A DNA stretch of 64,000 bases from Macrostomum lignano (GCA_002269645.1 NIVC01000611.1:62001-126000), one strand, 5' to 3'; positions 25,740 to 37,310 are shown, counted from the first letter of the stretch. A program made the numbers and translations. Notes: generated by a model from the sequence alone, not told the origin.

Positions 25740-26237
25740 ATGGACTTGCAAGGGACTCAGCAGGATCCAGTGAAAGCTCTCATTGAACCTGTGAAACCCT
25801 GCTGCATCTGCATTATATCTCACTATTCTCCATTGACCGAAGAAGTTGGCGATACAATCCTGTGGCTCCTGCCCGAGTGCACCGTTTTCATTGGCCGCGA
25901 CGATGTCACCAAAGTGAAGGATATGGCCTGCTCAACTGTGCAAGTTGGCCTGACGCATTTCACAGTTGGTTGCAAAGCTGCTCAAGGCCAAGTGTGCAGC
26001 TGCTTTGTACTTTTAGACAACGTCGGCGAAGGCGTCTGCATTGCCAGATCGCGCGCTTTGGTATGCGGCCAGTACGATTATTTAAAACACGGCGAGTATT
26101 TTGTTCTGGGCAAGTCCAGCGCCTTCATTGTCACAGTCATCTCTAACCGGGTGGTGCTGGCCGAACTGCGCAAAAGTCTCCGCTCCGATGTGCAGGTATT
26201 GCGCGCCAAATATGGCATGGACGTGCAACAGAAATAG
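25740..26237 (+). CDS. Unidentified 165-aa ORF in a GC-richer island
   Basis: Non-repetitive ATG..TAG ORF within AT-rich flanks; no family recognised. Confidence 0.3.
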   Translation: MDLQGTQQDPVKALIEPVKPCCICIISHYSPLTEEVGDTILWLLPECTVFIGRDDVTKVKDMACSTVQVGLTHFTVGCKAAQGQVCSCFVLLDNVGEGVCIARSRALVCGQYDYLKHGEYFVLGKSSAFIVTVISNRVVLAELRKSLRSDVQVLRAKYGMDVQQK

Positions 26238-26569
26238 CATGGCATCTTGTGCCTATGCGCTGAACTGGGCTACTTACTAAGTAGCATGATTTGAACATCT
26301 GATTTTCCGCAAATGTATTTTATATCGAAAAATTTATGCATTTATGTTCTCGATACTTTTGATTTATGATAGGAAAGCCGTGATGTTTTTATTTGTCTAT
26401 TTGATTCATTGTGTCAACGTTTTCTTCATTTCTCAGCAGCCTCTATACGTAGTAGGTTTTGGACTTTTATTTTTGCACACTAAAGGCCCTGGCTATTTTG
26501 AGCTTTGCTCTGCTCTCAAAGTCTGGGGTGAATATTATTTCTATCATAGATTCCATTTGTGCCCTGAAG

Positions 26570-27480
26570 GTTGTAGGATCCGATCTGTGCCCTGAAGGTT
26601 GTAGGATCCAATCTGTGCCCTGAAGGCTATCATAGGATCCGATCTGCGCCTTGAAGGCTATTATATGATTTGATCTATGCCATGAAGGTTATATGATTTC
26701 ATCTGTGCCCTGAAGGTTATAGGAAGATTTCATCTGTGCCCTGAAGTTTATAGGAAGATTTGATCTGTGCCTGAAGTTTATAGGAAGATTTGATCTGTGC
26801 CCTGAAGGTTATAGGAAGATTTGATCTGTGCCCTGAAGGTTATACGAAGATTTGATCTGTGCCCTGAAGTTTATAGGAAGATTTGATCTGTGCCTGAAGT
26901 TTATAGGAAGATTTCATCTGTGCCCTGAAGGTTATAGGAAGATTTGATCTGTGCCCTGAAGGTTATAGGAAGATTTGATCTGTGCCCTGAAGGTTATAGG
27001 ATTTCATCTGTGCCCTGAAGGTTATAGGAAGATTTGATCTGTGCCCTGAAGGTTATAGGAAGATTTGATCTGTGCCTTGAAGGTTATAGGAAGATTTGAT
27101 CTGTGCCCTGAAGGTTATAGGAAGATTTGATCTGTGCCCTGAAGGTTATAGGAAGATTTGATCTGTGCCCTGAAGGTTATAGGAAGATTTGATCTGTGCC
27201 CTGAAGGTTATAGGAAGATTTGATCTGTGCCCTGAAGGTTATAGGAAGATTTGATCTGTGCCCTGAAGGTTATAGGAAGATTTGATCTGTGCCCTGAAGG
27301 TTATAGGAAGATTTGATCTGTGCCCTGAAGGTTATAGGAAGATTTGATCTGTGCCCTGAAGGTTATAGGAAGATTTGATCTGTGCCCTGAAGGTTATAGG
27401 AAGATTTGATCTGTGCCCTGAAGGTTATAGGAAGATTTGATCTGTGCCCTAAAGGTTATAGGAAGATTTGATCTGTGCCC
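26570..27480. repeat. 31-bp CTGTGCCCTGAAGGTTATAGGAAGATTTGAT minisatellite upstream of PNKP
   Basis: Near-identical tandem units. Confidence 0.95.
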
Positions 27481-27596
27481 TAAAAAAGTTTAGAAGATCT
27501 GTTAAGTCCAGGTCCTTGGAATGTGTCCTTTTTAAGTTATTTCATCAGTCCGCATAATTTCTTAAGTTTTCAACTTTCGTTTGTTTTCCAGCTGCC

Positions 27597-30500
27597 ATGC
27601 GCGCCAGTTTGGTTTGCCCTCGCACGGGCAGAACAGTTTGCACCATAGACAGCGGCGGCAGAGTTGTCATCGGCCGTCAGCCACAGTTCGACATACGAGA
27701 CGCGGCCTGTTCTCGTCAGCAAGCCAGATTAGATTTGCAACAAACAGACAGCGGTAGCAGCGGTGACAGTGACTCATTGACAGTGACTTGTGTTGGAGCT
27801 GGTAGGTTGTATGTCAACTCTAACAGTGATGACAAAGGTGGTGATCAGCGTCAACTATTGACTATGGGCGAGTCGGCGAGATTAGCCAATGGCGACGCTT
27901 TGATACTTGGCAACGACTGTCTGCTGAAGGTGTTATTGGCACCTGAGGACTCGGAGCCGGTGGTAAAGAAGCGGAGACTCGAGCAATTGAATGCGGGCGA
28001 GGGGGCCCAGCAAGATAGCGATGAAAATCCTAGTCAAGTTGATCTTCAATTGAACTTAATGCGCCAAGCAGCCGCTCGGTTCTCCAGCCAATCAGATTGC
28101 GCAGCCAGCGCCAGCCAATTGGAAGCCTCCAACTCGGCCAGCCAATCAAATCCATCCGACTCTCCCAGCCAATTAAAGCCGACTCCAACTGGTTGGCGCG
28201 ATTTCGGCGCAGTGCTTGTCTACACGACGCCCGGCTGTTTGCCCAGCCGCAAAATCGCCGGATTCGATATGGACGGCACGCTGATTACCACGCAGTCTGG
28301 TCGAGTTTTTGCCAAAGATCTGGCGGATTGGAAAGTGATTTATCCCCAGATGCCTGGCCGATTGAAATCTCTGGTCGCTGAGGGCTACAAAGTGGCACTG
28401 TTCTCTAATCAGAAAGGTGTCGAGGTTGGCAAAGTGAGAGTGGAGGATTTGAAAGTCAAAGTGAGTATATGTCCTACTATGCCAGTTTATTTCTTTGTTT
28501 TGAATAGCCAATGATGACTCAATTGCTACTCTTGATGTGTCTTATGATGAGAAGGTTTACCACCTTGTTTCTGTCTGAGGCTATGGAACTTTTCTTTTCT
28601 GTTTTCCTTATTAGATAGATAGGCCGGTATGATGACCCAATTGCTACTCTTGACCTGTTGGTATGATGAGCTGCATCTACCACCATTCACTGTGTCTGAG
28701 GCCCGGATTTATTGTACGTTCGTGCATCAGAATTTTACAAATTATTTAGTATTATAATACAAATTATTTTCTAACTTGCTTGCTAACACACCAGCGTAAT
28801 TCTTTTTTCGTCTCTTAAGTATCGCCTTCACCGCCTTCCGAGAATCACCCTTCACCGCCTTCCGAGATCACCCTTCACCGCCTTTCAAGAATCGCCTTCC
28901 GTGAATCGCCCTTCACCGCCTTTTGAAAATCGCCCTTCACCACCTTTTGACAAGCGCCCTTCACCGCCTTCTGAAAATCGCCCTTCACCGCCTTCCGAAA
29001 ATCGCCCTTCACTGCCTTCCGTGAATCGCCCTTTACCGCCTTCCGAAAATCGCCCTTTACCGCCTTCCGAAAATCGCTCTTCACCGCCTTCCGAAAATCG
29101 CTCTTCACCGCCTTCCGAAAATCGCCCTTCACCGCCTTCTGAAAATCGCCCTTCACCACCTTTCGAGAATCGCCGTTCACTGTCTGCGTTTCTCATCTGT
29201 CTCAAAAAATTATATTTATATGGCCCATATGATGACCTAATTGCTACTCTTGACCTGTCGGTATGATGAGCTGCATCTACCACCAGTCACAATGTCTGAG
29301 GCCAGAATTTTGGGGCAAGATTTATTATAAATTCGATGAACTGTTTATTATGACTTTTAACTGTCCTTGCACTAATGCAAAGTTAATTGTTTTATATGTT
29401 TGTCTTATAAGGCCGATATGATGACCTAATTGCTACTCTTGACCTGTTGGTATGACGAGATGCATCTACCACCATTTTAATTGTCTAAGGCCTGGATTTA
29501 TAGTGATGTTTGAACTGCAGCTATTATTGAAAAGTATTTTCATATCAGTTTTGAAATATAATCACGAGTCTTATTGAACTAAATCGCTTGATAACGAAAC
29601 AGATTGAGAGAGTTTCCGCTCGCCTGGGCGCACCAATGCAAGTTTTTCTTAGCGTGCGCGGTCAACGATATCGCAAACCCTGCACTGGCATGTGGCACCT
29701 ACTGGAGCGAGATGAATTCAATGCGGGCCTCCGACCGGATCCGGCTGAGTCGTTTTACGTTGGAGACGCAGCTGGCAGACCAGCTGAGACTGGTAAAGGT
29801 GAGATTTACTAGTACTGCATTTTTCTTTTTCTGTTACTTCTTTTTTCTCAGATTTCCCCGTATACCGTAGAACTTCCCCGTATGGGATTTCCCCGTATGT
29901 GAATTCCCCGTATGGGATTTCCCCGTATGTGAATTCCCCGTATGGGATTTTCCCGTATGGGATTTCCCCGTATGGGATTTCCCCGTATGTGAATTCCCCG
30001 TATGGGATTTCCCCGTATGGGATTTCCCCGTATGGGATTTCCCCGTATGGGATTTCCCCGTATGTGAATTCCCCGTATGGGATTTCCCCGTATGGGATTT
30101 CCCCGTATGGGATTTCCCCGTATGGGATTTCCCCGTATGGGATTTCCCCGTATGGGATTTCCCCGTATGGGATTTCCCCGTATGGGATTTCCCCGTATGG
30201 GATTTCCCCGTATGGGATTTCCCCGTATGGGATTTCCCCGTATGGGATTTCCCCGTATGGGATTTCCCTGTATGGGATTTCCCCGTATAGGATTTCCTCG
30301 TATGGGATTTCCCCGTGTAAAATTTCCCCTGGGATTTAAAAGTTGGTACACTTTAGTCATTAGACGTTTCTTAAAGTTTAATTAAAACGACGGCCAATAT
30401 GATGACCTAATTGCTACTCTTGACCGGCTGGTATGATGACACATCTACCACTATTTACTGTCTGAGGCCTGTTCTTACTATTTTTTAAATATATCTTTGT

Positions 30501-32418
30501 TCGGAGATGTGAGTAACACGTTAATTAAGGCCCATATGATGACCTAATTGCTACTCTTGACCATTTGGTATGATGATCTGCGTCTACCACCATTCACAGT
30601 GTCTGAGGCCTCAATTAAGTGTAGACCATTTCAGGATTCAGTCCGGATGTTTTAGGGGATTTTTCCTCTGGAATTGCTTCTAGTGAGAGTTTCCTAGTTT
30701 GTAAATACCTTAGAAATTTAGGTTTTTGGGGTTTCTTTGTCTTGTTTTTTCTCGCTTGGATTTCCCTGGCTTGGATTTCTTTTTTTAGATTTCCCTCCAT
30801 ACATGCGCAACCTCCAAAATTTCGGTCGGCCGTGCGACTTAGTTTCAACAAAAATGCGACGTAGTTTTTGGCGAAAAATGCGACTTACATGTAAAAAACC
30901 CTAAAGCAAAATTAACGCAACTTTGGGTAAACGGCAGGAGTATTTATAACTGTCTTATTAAGCCAAAATGCCTCGTCAGCTACTTAGTTTACTACTTGGT
31001 TGTTTTTTCGGTGGGCATTTTTGCGACTTCCTTGGTTGGCCGCCAAATCGGTCGGCCGGATCGGCCGACTGTTGCGCATGTATGTTTCCCTCTTTGGATT
31101 CCAATGTCCTAGATTTCCCTCTCTAAATTTCCGTCTTGGATTTCCCTGTATTTGATTCCCCTGTCTTGGATTCCCCTGTCTTGGATTCCCCTGTCTTGGA
31201 TTTCCCTGTACAGATGTGCATGAGAAAAATCCAATACAAACTGCCAGGTCGCACCGGCCGCAAAGCCGACTTCTCCTGCTCGGATCGGCTATTCGCTCTC
31301 AACTGCCGTATGAGCGCCTTCCACACGCCCGAAGAGTTTTTTCTGGACCATCGCCCCGTGCCGCTGGCCCAGTGCCGCATGCCGGAGTTCGATCCCACAG
31401 TTCTGCTTAATGCAAAAAATGCCCACGCAGATTGCTCGCCTACAGACGAGTTGCGTCAGTTTTTGCTTGACGATTCTTCTAGTAGCAAGTCGGCTGCCCT
31501 GCTTGTGCTGCTCGTGGGCTACCCGGCCAGCGGCAAGTCCACTCTGTGCGCTCAAATCAGCCGCTTGCTGGCCGGCCAGGGCGCTGCGGGTCCAGCTGTC
31601 TGCGTTGTGAATCGGGACCGGCTGGGCACCTGGCAGAAGTGCGTGCAGTCTGCCGAAACTGCGCTCAAGTCTGCTTCTGGCAGAGCCATTGTGCTGGTGA
31701 GAGTTCATGGGGCTTGATAATTGGGGGTCAGTAGCCCAACAACAGGATCTGGGAGGCTGGCCCAGCAACTGGGGATCTGGGAGGCTGGCCCAGCAACTGA
31801 GGATCTGGGAGGCTGGCCCAGCAACTGAGGATCTGGGAGGCTGGCGCAGCAACTGAGGATCTGGGAGGCTGGCCCAGCAACTGAGGATCTGGGAGGCTGG
31901 TTCAGCAACTGAGGATCTGGGAGGCTGGTCCAGCAACTGAGGATCTGGGAGGCTGGCCCAGCAACTGAGGATCTGGGAGGCTGGCCCAGCAACTGAGGAT
32001 CTGGGAGGCTGGCCCAGCAACTGAGGATCTGGGAGTGCAGTCCCACGCCAACCCCAACCCGCAGGTGGACAACACCAGCGTGGACCAGGAGAGCCGGCAG
32101 CGCTATATCGAGTGCGCCCGCCGTTGCAAAGCCGGGGCCGCCTGCCTGGTGATGCAGTGCAGCCTGGCCCAGTGCCTGCACAACGAGCGGTACCGCCGCA
32201 TTGTGGAAGAGGAGGCCGTGGACAATCCAGCGGACGGGCCGCCCAGCAAGAAGCGACGCGAGCCGGTGAGCGAGATGGTGTTCAACCAGATGCGGGCCAA
32301 GTTCGTTGAGCCCAGCCTGTCCGAAGGATTTGATCGCATTTTGAAGGTGCCGTTTGTGCCGAGCTTTCAAGTGGATGAGCACAGGAGACTGTACTGTCAG
32401 TATCTGATGGAGAAATAG
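27597..32418 (+). CDS. PNKP: Bifunctional polynucleotide 5'-kinase/3'-phosphatase, 4 exons
   Basis: Exons 27597-28460, 29603-29798, 31248-31696, 32065-32418 (phases 0,1,0). N-terminal FHA (VIGR...CSRQQ), HAD motif FDMDGT, FSNQ, RKPCTGMW, FYVGDAAGR, DFSCSDRLFALN, TPEEFF, P-loop GYPASGKS, VDNT, PSLSEGF. Confidence 0.93.
28506..28582 (+). ncRNA. Box C/D snoRNA, SNORD76-like, copy 1 (PNKP intron 1)
   Basis: AGCC/GGCT terminal stem; box C ATGATGA at 28511; guide AATTGCTACTC + D' TTGA; C' ATGATGA; ACCACC; box D CTGA at 28575. Confidence 0.8.
28622..28703 (+). ncRNA. Box C/D snoRNA, SNORD76-like, copy 2 (PNKP intron 1)
   Basis: GGCC/GGCC stem; C ATGATGA 28629; AATTGCTACTCTTGA; C' ATGATGA; CTACCACCA; D CTGA 28696. 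Confidence 0.85.
28825..29175. repeat. 24-bp CGCCCTTCACCGCCTTCCGAAAAT minisatellite between snoRNA copies 2 and 3
   Basis: Tandem units. Confidence 0.9.
29221..29304 (+). ncRNA. Box C/D snoRNA, SNORD76-like, copy 3 (PNKP intron 1)
   Basis: TGGCC/GGCCA stem; C 29229; same guide, D' and C'; D CTGA 29296. Confidence 0.85.
29410..29493 (+). ncRNA. Box C/D snoRNA, SNORD76-like, copy 4 (degenerate boxes)
   Basis: AGGCC/GGCCT stem; C 29418; guide intact; C' changed to ATGACGA and box D changed to CTAA (29485), so possibly a pseudogene. Confidence 0.65.
29870..30330. repeat. 15-bp TTCCCCGTATGGGAT minisatellite in PNKP intron 2
   Basis: Tandem units; source of GISPY/GNPIR pseudo-ORFs. Confidence 0.95.
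30392..30469 (+). ncRNA. Box C/D snoRNA, SNORD76-like, copy 5 (PNKP intron 2)
   Basis: GGCC/GGCC stem; C 30399; AATTGCTACTCTTGA; C' ATGATGA; D CTGA 30462. Confidence 0.85.
30528..30611 (+). ncRNA. Box C/D snoRNA, SNORD76-like, copy 6 (PNKP intron 2)
   Basis: Extended stem TTAATTAAGGCC / GGCCTCAATTAA; C 30536; same guide; D CTGA 30603. Confidence 0.85.
31745..32035. repeat. 28-bp GATCTGGGAGGCTGGCCCAGCAACTGAG minisatellite filling PNKP intron 3
   Basis: Same unit occurs at 40720-41460, 52395-52590 and 53180-54300. Confidence 0.95.
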
Positions 32419-32794
32419 CATACGCTTACCGTTGTTGCTATGGTTACCGATTGCAACGCCAATATTGCATCATTTTGCTTACAAAAGTACTGGTATTTGC
32501 AATCGAAATCGTAAAATGTATTTTTTTGATGAGTTTGCATCGATAGCTCTTTCAGTTTTGTAGGTTCACTATTATCATTTTTTATTCCTGTATGCATGCT
32601 AGCTATTGTCTCATAATTACCCATTCGAAACATACATTTAATTTGCTTTATCATTTCATGACTCATGGCTTCATATTTTGGTGCCGGTTTATGACTTTAT
32701 TGACGTTGGAGAGAGAAATTTGTGCATAAAAATTGACTTTTATATTCAAATAGTTCATTTTGACTGCTAGGCTGCTTTCATTTATTATCTACGC

Positions 32795-33305
32795 AATTCC
32801 CATGATCCCTGAGCCACCTGAGCAATTCCCCATGATTCCTGAGCCACCTGAGCAATTCCCCATGATTCCTGAGCCACCTGAGCAATTCCCCATGATTCCT
32901 GAGCCACCTGAGCAACTCCCCATGATCCCTGAGCCACCTGAGCAATTCCCCATGATCCCTGAGCCACCTGAGCAATTCCCCATGATTCCTGAGCCGCCTG
33001 AGCAATTCCCATGATCCCTGAGCCACCTGAGCAATTCACCATGATCCCTGAGCCACCTGAGCAATTCCCCATGATCCCTGAGCCACCTGAGCAATTCACC
33101 ATGATCCCTGAGCCACCTGAGCAATTCACCATGATCCAGGAGCCACCTGAGCAATTCCCCATGATCCCTGAGCCACCTGAGCAATTCACCATGATCCCTG
33201 AGCCACCTGAGCAATTCACCATGATCCCTGAGCCACCTGAGCAATTCCCCATGATGCCTGAGCCACCTGAGCAATTCCCCATGATCCCTGACCCACCTGA
33301 GAAAT
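32795..33305. repeat. 30-bp ATGATCCCTGAGCCACCTGAGCAATTCCCC minisatellite between PNKP and ATP5S-like gene
   Basis: Tandem units. Confidence 0.95.
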
Positions 33306-33374
33306 TCATCTTCACTTGTCGTTCATTCCTCAAGTTTTATTACTTAGCAACGCATTAATAATTTCATTTCCTGC

Positions 33375-34209
33375 ATGCCTGCCATTTTTGCTTACAAACG
33401 CCAATTGCTGCTTCTAGCAGAAGCCGCAGCCGGTGCAGGTGACCGGCTTGGGCCGGGGCTGCTGCAGCAGAGCCGCGGCTACTTTGCTTGGCTGGTTGGC
33501 GTGTGGAATAAAGTGGACCGCGATCGGATCAAACAGGTGTCTGTTAAAATGCCGCGTTTGGCGTCTCATCTCTTCTGTCTCCCTTTGTCAGACCACTCTA
33601 ATTCCCCAGATCAGATCCCTCTACTACCTCTCAGCCTAATTTCTAATCTTTAATCGATATATCCCATCAGTAATTGATCTCGAGTATTTACTCCTTAACC
33701 CTGATTTATAATAATTAATCTCCAAATCATTCATCTGTCCCCAGGTCGGCCCGGACCACGCCTGCGCCGAATGGCTGCTCCGCAACGGCGCCTCAGTCGT
33801 GTGGGCCGACGATCGCGGCGCTACGTCGGACTACAACCAGCTGGGCGGCGTGCCGCCCGACCAGCGCATCCAGGAGATCCTGGCCGACACGGCCTCGCTA
33901 AGCTCGGCCGGGTTTCCCCACCTGCTGGGCCTGAGCAGATTGAGTTCGATGCGGCTGAAGAACTGCCCCTACTTGGACGATTCCGCGTTCACCTACCTGG
34001 CTGATCACTGCCGGCTGGAGCGGCTGTTCGTTAGCCAGTGTCCTCAGGTGACCCCGAAGGGAGTGCTGGAGATGGCCCGCATCGAGGGCCTGAGGCACCT
34101 GCGGCTTGGCCAGATGGCCAGCCTGGGTGCCTCCGACTGGGCCCGGCTGAGCGAGCAGCTGGTCTCCAAGCTGCCGAAATGCCAGTTGGAGTTTGAGACT
34201 GGAGGCTAA
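33375..34209 (+). CDS. ATP5S: Mitochondrial ATP synthase subunit s (factor B)/DMAC2L-like LRR protein, 2 exons
   Basis: Exons 33375-33536 and 33745-34209 (phase 0). FAWLVGVWNKVDRDRIKQ|VGPDHACAEWLLRNGA...DYNQL closely parallels the factor B signature (WLNAVFNKVDYDRI.DVGPDRAASEWLLRCGA); LRR-like C-terminus. Confidence 0.85.
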
Positions 34210-34921
34210 GAGGCTGTTTTTAGGAAGAAACATTTGATTGAGGATTTGATATGAGCGTATCGTACCTATGTTTTCTGATTGAAGTGATCAATCAAATGTA
34301 ATTATCTGCCGCCATTCATTATCCCAGTTCATAAAACACATGGGGTTCCATAAATCCTAAATCTTAAATCCCCAAATCATAAAACCACACAGGATTCCAA
34401 AAAATCCTCAAATCCTAAACCACATGAAATCCAATAAAAATCCCCAAGTCAAAAGTCACATGAGATCCCATAAAAATCCCTAAATCATAGGTCACATGGC
34501 ATCCCATAAAAATCCAAATCATAAATCACATTTAATCTCAAAAAAATCCCTAAATCACAAATCACAGAGATCCCACAATAGTCACAAGTTGATCGCATTA
34601 TTGCTTGCTTACTTCTTGGACAATATTTTTGCTTCCAATGTTCTTAAATTCGCCTCTAGCATTTATGCTTACGAGTATACATGTAAATTAATAGGATGCA
34701 GTTTTGAAGGCCATTGTGTAATGGTATTGATTATTCTATCTGGCAAATAAATCAATTTTGTAACAATTGTTGTGATGAATTTTGATCTCTTGAGTCATCG
34801 GCTATTGAGACGTATCGCACTATGCATTTTTCTATCTTTTTGGATTTATATAGGATGCTTAATATTTCTCACCTGTTCACTTTTCAATTTTACTATTAAT
34901 AACTTTTTCTGGCAAACTTCC

Positions 34922-35461
34922 ATGGCTCCCTCAGCTGCTTCGCCTGCCAGAGGCTGCCTTGGCCCCGTAATGAAAACACGCAGATCACGGGCTACTATGC
35001 ATACTACTGGCGCCGGCTGTAGCAGTAGTATGATCCGCGTCAGCGGTTTACCGCCAGGAGCAAGCGCGGCAGATCTGGAGCGGGCCTTCTCCAGATTCGG
35101 CCGCGTCCTGTCAGTCTGGTCGCCAACAGTCGCTGTCGTCATCGTTGAAATGTCCGATCATTGCGCCGCACTGGAAGCTGTCGATCGGCTGGACGATTCG
35201 CCTCTGTGCGGCGCTCGGGCTCGGCTCGAACTCGCGGCTCATTGTCGCGGCCTGGTTGAGTCCTGCTACGATTGCGGCGCCGAAGGTCATTTTGCCTATG
35301 GCTGTCCCTGGGCGGGCGCGGCTGGCCCGGCTGTTGAGCAGTTGGCCACTGAGATGAGCAGGCAGCTGGTGCTGCACTCTGGTGCTGCCCCTGTGACTGC
35401 ACGCTTAGCTAGTGGCTTCCAACAAGAACCATATTGGAATGTGACAGGATGTAAAACATAA
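34922..35461 (+). CDS. Divergent single-exon RRM + CCHC zinc-knuckle protein, SRSF3/7 paralog without RS domain
   Basis: IRVSGLPPGASAADLERAFSRFGRVLSVW...LDDSPLCGARARLEL and CYDCGAEGHFAYGC align with the neighbouring SR gene. AATAAA signals at ~35463 and ~35482. Confidence 0.7.
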   Translation: MAPSAASPARGCLGPVMKTRRSRATMHTTGAGCSSSMIRVSGLPPGASAADLERAFSRFGRVLSVWSPTVAVVIVEMSDHCAALEAVDRLDDSPLCGARARLELAAHCRGLVESCYDCGAEGHFAYGCPWAGAAGPAVEQLATEMSRQLVLHSGAAPVTARLASGFQQEPYWNVTGCKT

Positions 35462-36774
35462 AATAAATGTGTACTGGGCCAAATAAAAGTAAGCGATTTT
35501 ATTTGATACTCTACAAACAGTAGAAATATAGGGAAAATACGTTAAATTATAAAAAATGATTTCAATAGCCACTTTGTCAACCACGATCTGTCAGTTCAGT
35601 TCATTATAATAATTAGGTTTTACGTCCTGTTGGCTGTTGCTACATTCCAGTGGTCCTTGGTAGGTTACTCACTCACTGAGTTAAATCAACTACTACTCAG
35701 TTCCAGCTCAGTAGTCAGAGGCACAGTTTTACAGAGACCAAATAGTACATTTAGAGTCTACAACAAAATATTTTCTACTGTTCAATTTTTAAGCTAGATT
35801 TAGCGGTGTTCTTTTATTAATGGAAAGTCACGTGACTGATTTGTTATCTGTGGCAAGAATAGCCAACACAATGATGTAATATGTACATTGCAGCACTAGG
35901 CGGAGTGTGCGAGAATGAGCAATGAAATTAAGGGGATGTGTGGGAGAAAACAGACAAAAAGCCAGCGAATAAGTAAGTCGAGTGTCTACTTTTTAAAAAA
36001 TTCATTTGATTCAGTTTTGTCACGTGATAGCGAAGCTTGATCACGTGCTTCTCTTCGTTTATCTAGGACAAGAAAGTAGGAATTGTACTAGATTTCAAGT
36101 AAAATGCGGATTAGGTTTGATAAGTATGTTTCGATACATATCGGCTATCCTAAACTGGTGTTTTTTAGCTTTAGTAATTTTGCTCACTGCTATTTGCTAG
36201 CCACAAAAAATTCCCCGGAACTTCGAACTGCGACAAGCAGGTAATTATTACCCTATTAATCTGCGATGCATTTTACCCACGCTCTTATGGCATCATCCTC
36301 TCTTTAGTCGTGTTTTAAGGTAGAATTTTTATTATCGTTAATGCGTAACTTTACTGGCTGGAGACTAGACCTGCTAATTGGATTTTGGCCTTTTGTGAAA
36401 ACACTTGCTCGTACGTATGTCTGTGTGTACAATTAGCCATAATCCTTATGAATTAAGAATTCAATATTTGTAGCGCTTTGCCAAATTCAAGTTTGATTTC
36501 AAGGATTAAAAGTTTCTGGTTGATCCTGTTATCGAACGGCATTTCTATGTTGCGTCCGCCCGTTTCTTATAAAGTTAATAAAAAGTACTCGTGACATCTG
36601 CTTTGATTTCGGTTGTTTGAGTTATTATTTACACTTGCAATTGCCATACCCCAAGGGTAGCCTAAATAGCATTAAATATTCTGAATAGTGTGACTGGTAA
36701 TAAATGCTAGATAATACATGTAGCCTCATTTTCTGGGGACATGATCTATGACCATTTCGGAGTCGGCCCACAAC

Positions 36775-37310
36775 CCATCCATGACCCTTTCCTCACCGGA
36801 TCCATGACCCTTCCTTCACCGGATCCATGCCCCTTCCCTCACCGGATCCATGACCTTTCCTTCACCGGATCCATGACCCTTCCTTCACCGGATCTATGAC
36901 CCTTCCTTCACCGGATCCATGACCCTTCCCTCACCGGATCCATGACCCTTCCCTCACCGGATCCATGACCCTTCCCTCACCGGATCCATGACCCTTCCCT
37001 CACCGGATCCATGCCCCTTCCCTCACCGGATCCATGACCTTTCCTTCACCGGATCCATGACCCTTCCTTCACCGGATCCATGACCCTTCCCTCACCGGAT
37101 CCATGACCCTTCCTTCACCGGATCCATGACCCTTCCCTCACCGGATCCATGACCCTTCCCTCACCGGATCCATGACCCTTCCCTCACCGGATCCATGACC
37201 CTTCCCTTACCGGATCTATGACCCTTCCTTCACCGGATCCATGACCCTTCCTTACCGGATCCATGACCCTTTCCTTACCGGATCCATGACCCTTCCCTCA
37301 CCGGATCCAA
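36775..37310. repeat. 23-bp CCGGATCCATGACCCTTCCCTCA minisatellite in the probable 5'UTR intron of the SR gene
   Basis: Tandem units between a donor (CAG|GTAATT, 36241) and an acceptor (CACGCAG, 37342). Confidence 0.9.

Noticed and set aside
26570-27480. 31-bp repeat array as a CRISPR array
   Set aside because: Units are directly adjacent with no unique spacers, there are no cas genes and the DNA is eukaryotic.
31289-32421. Antisense ORFs over PNKP and other GC-rich exons
   Set aside because: Shadow ORFs of real GC-rich coding sequence or of repeats.
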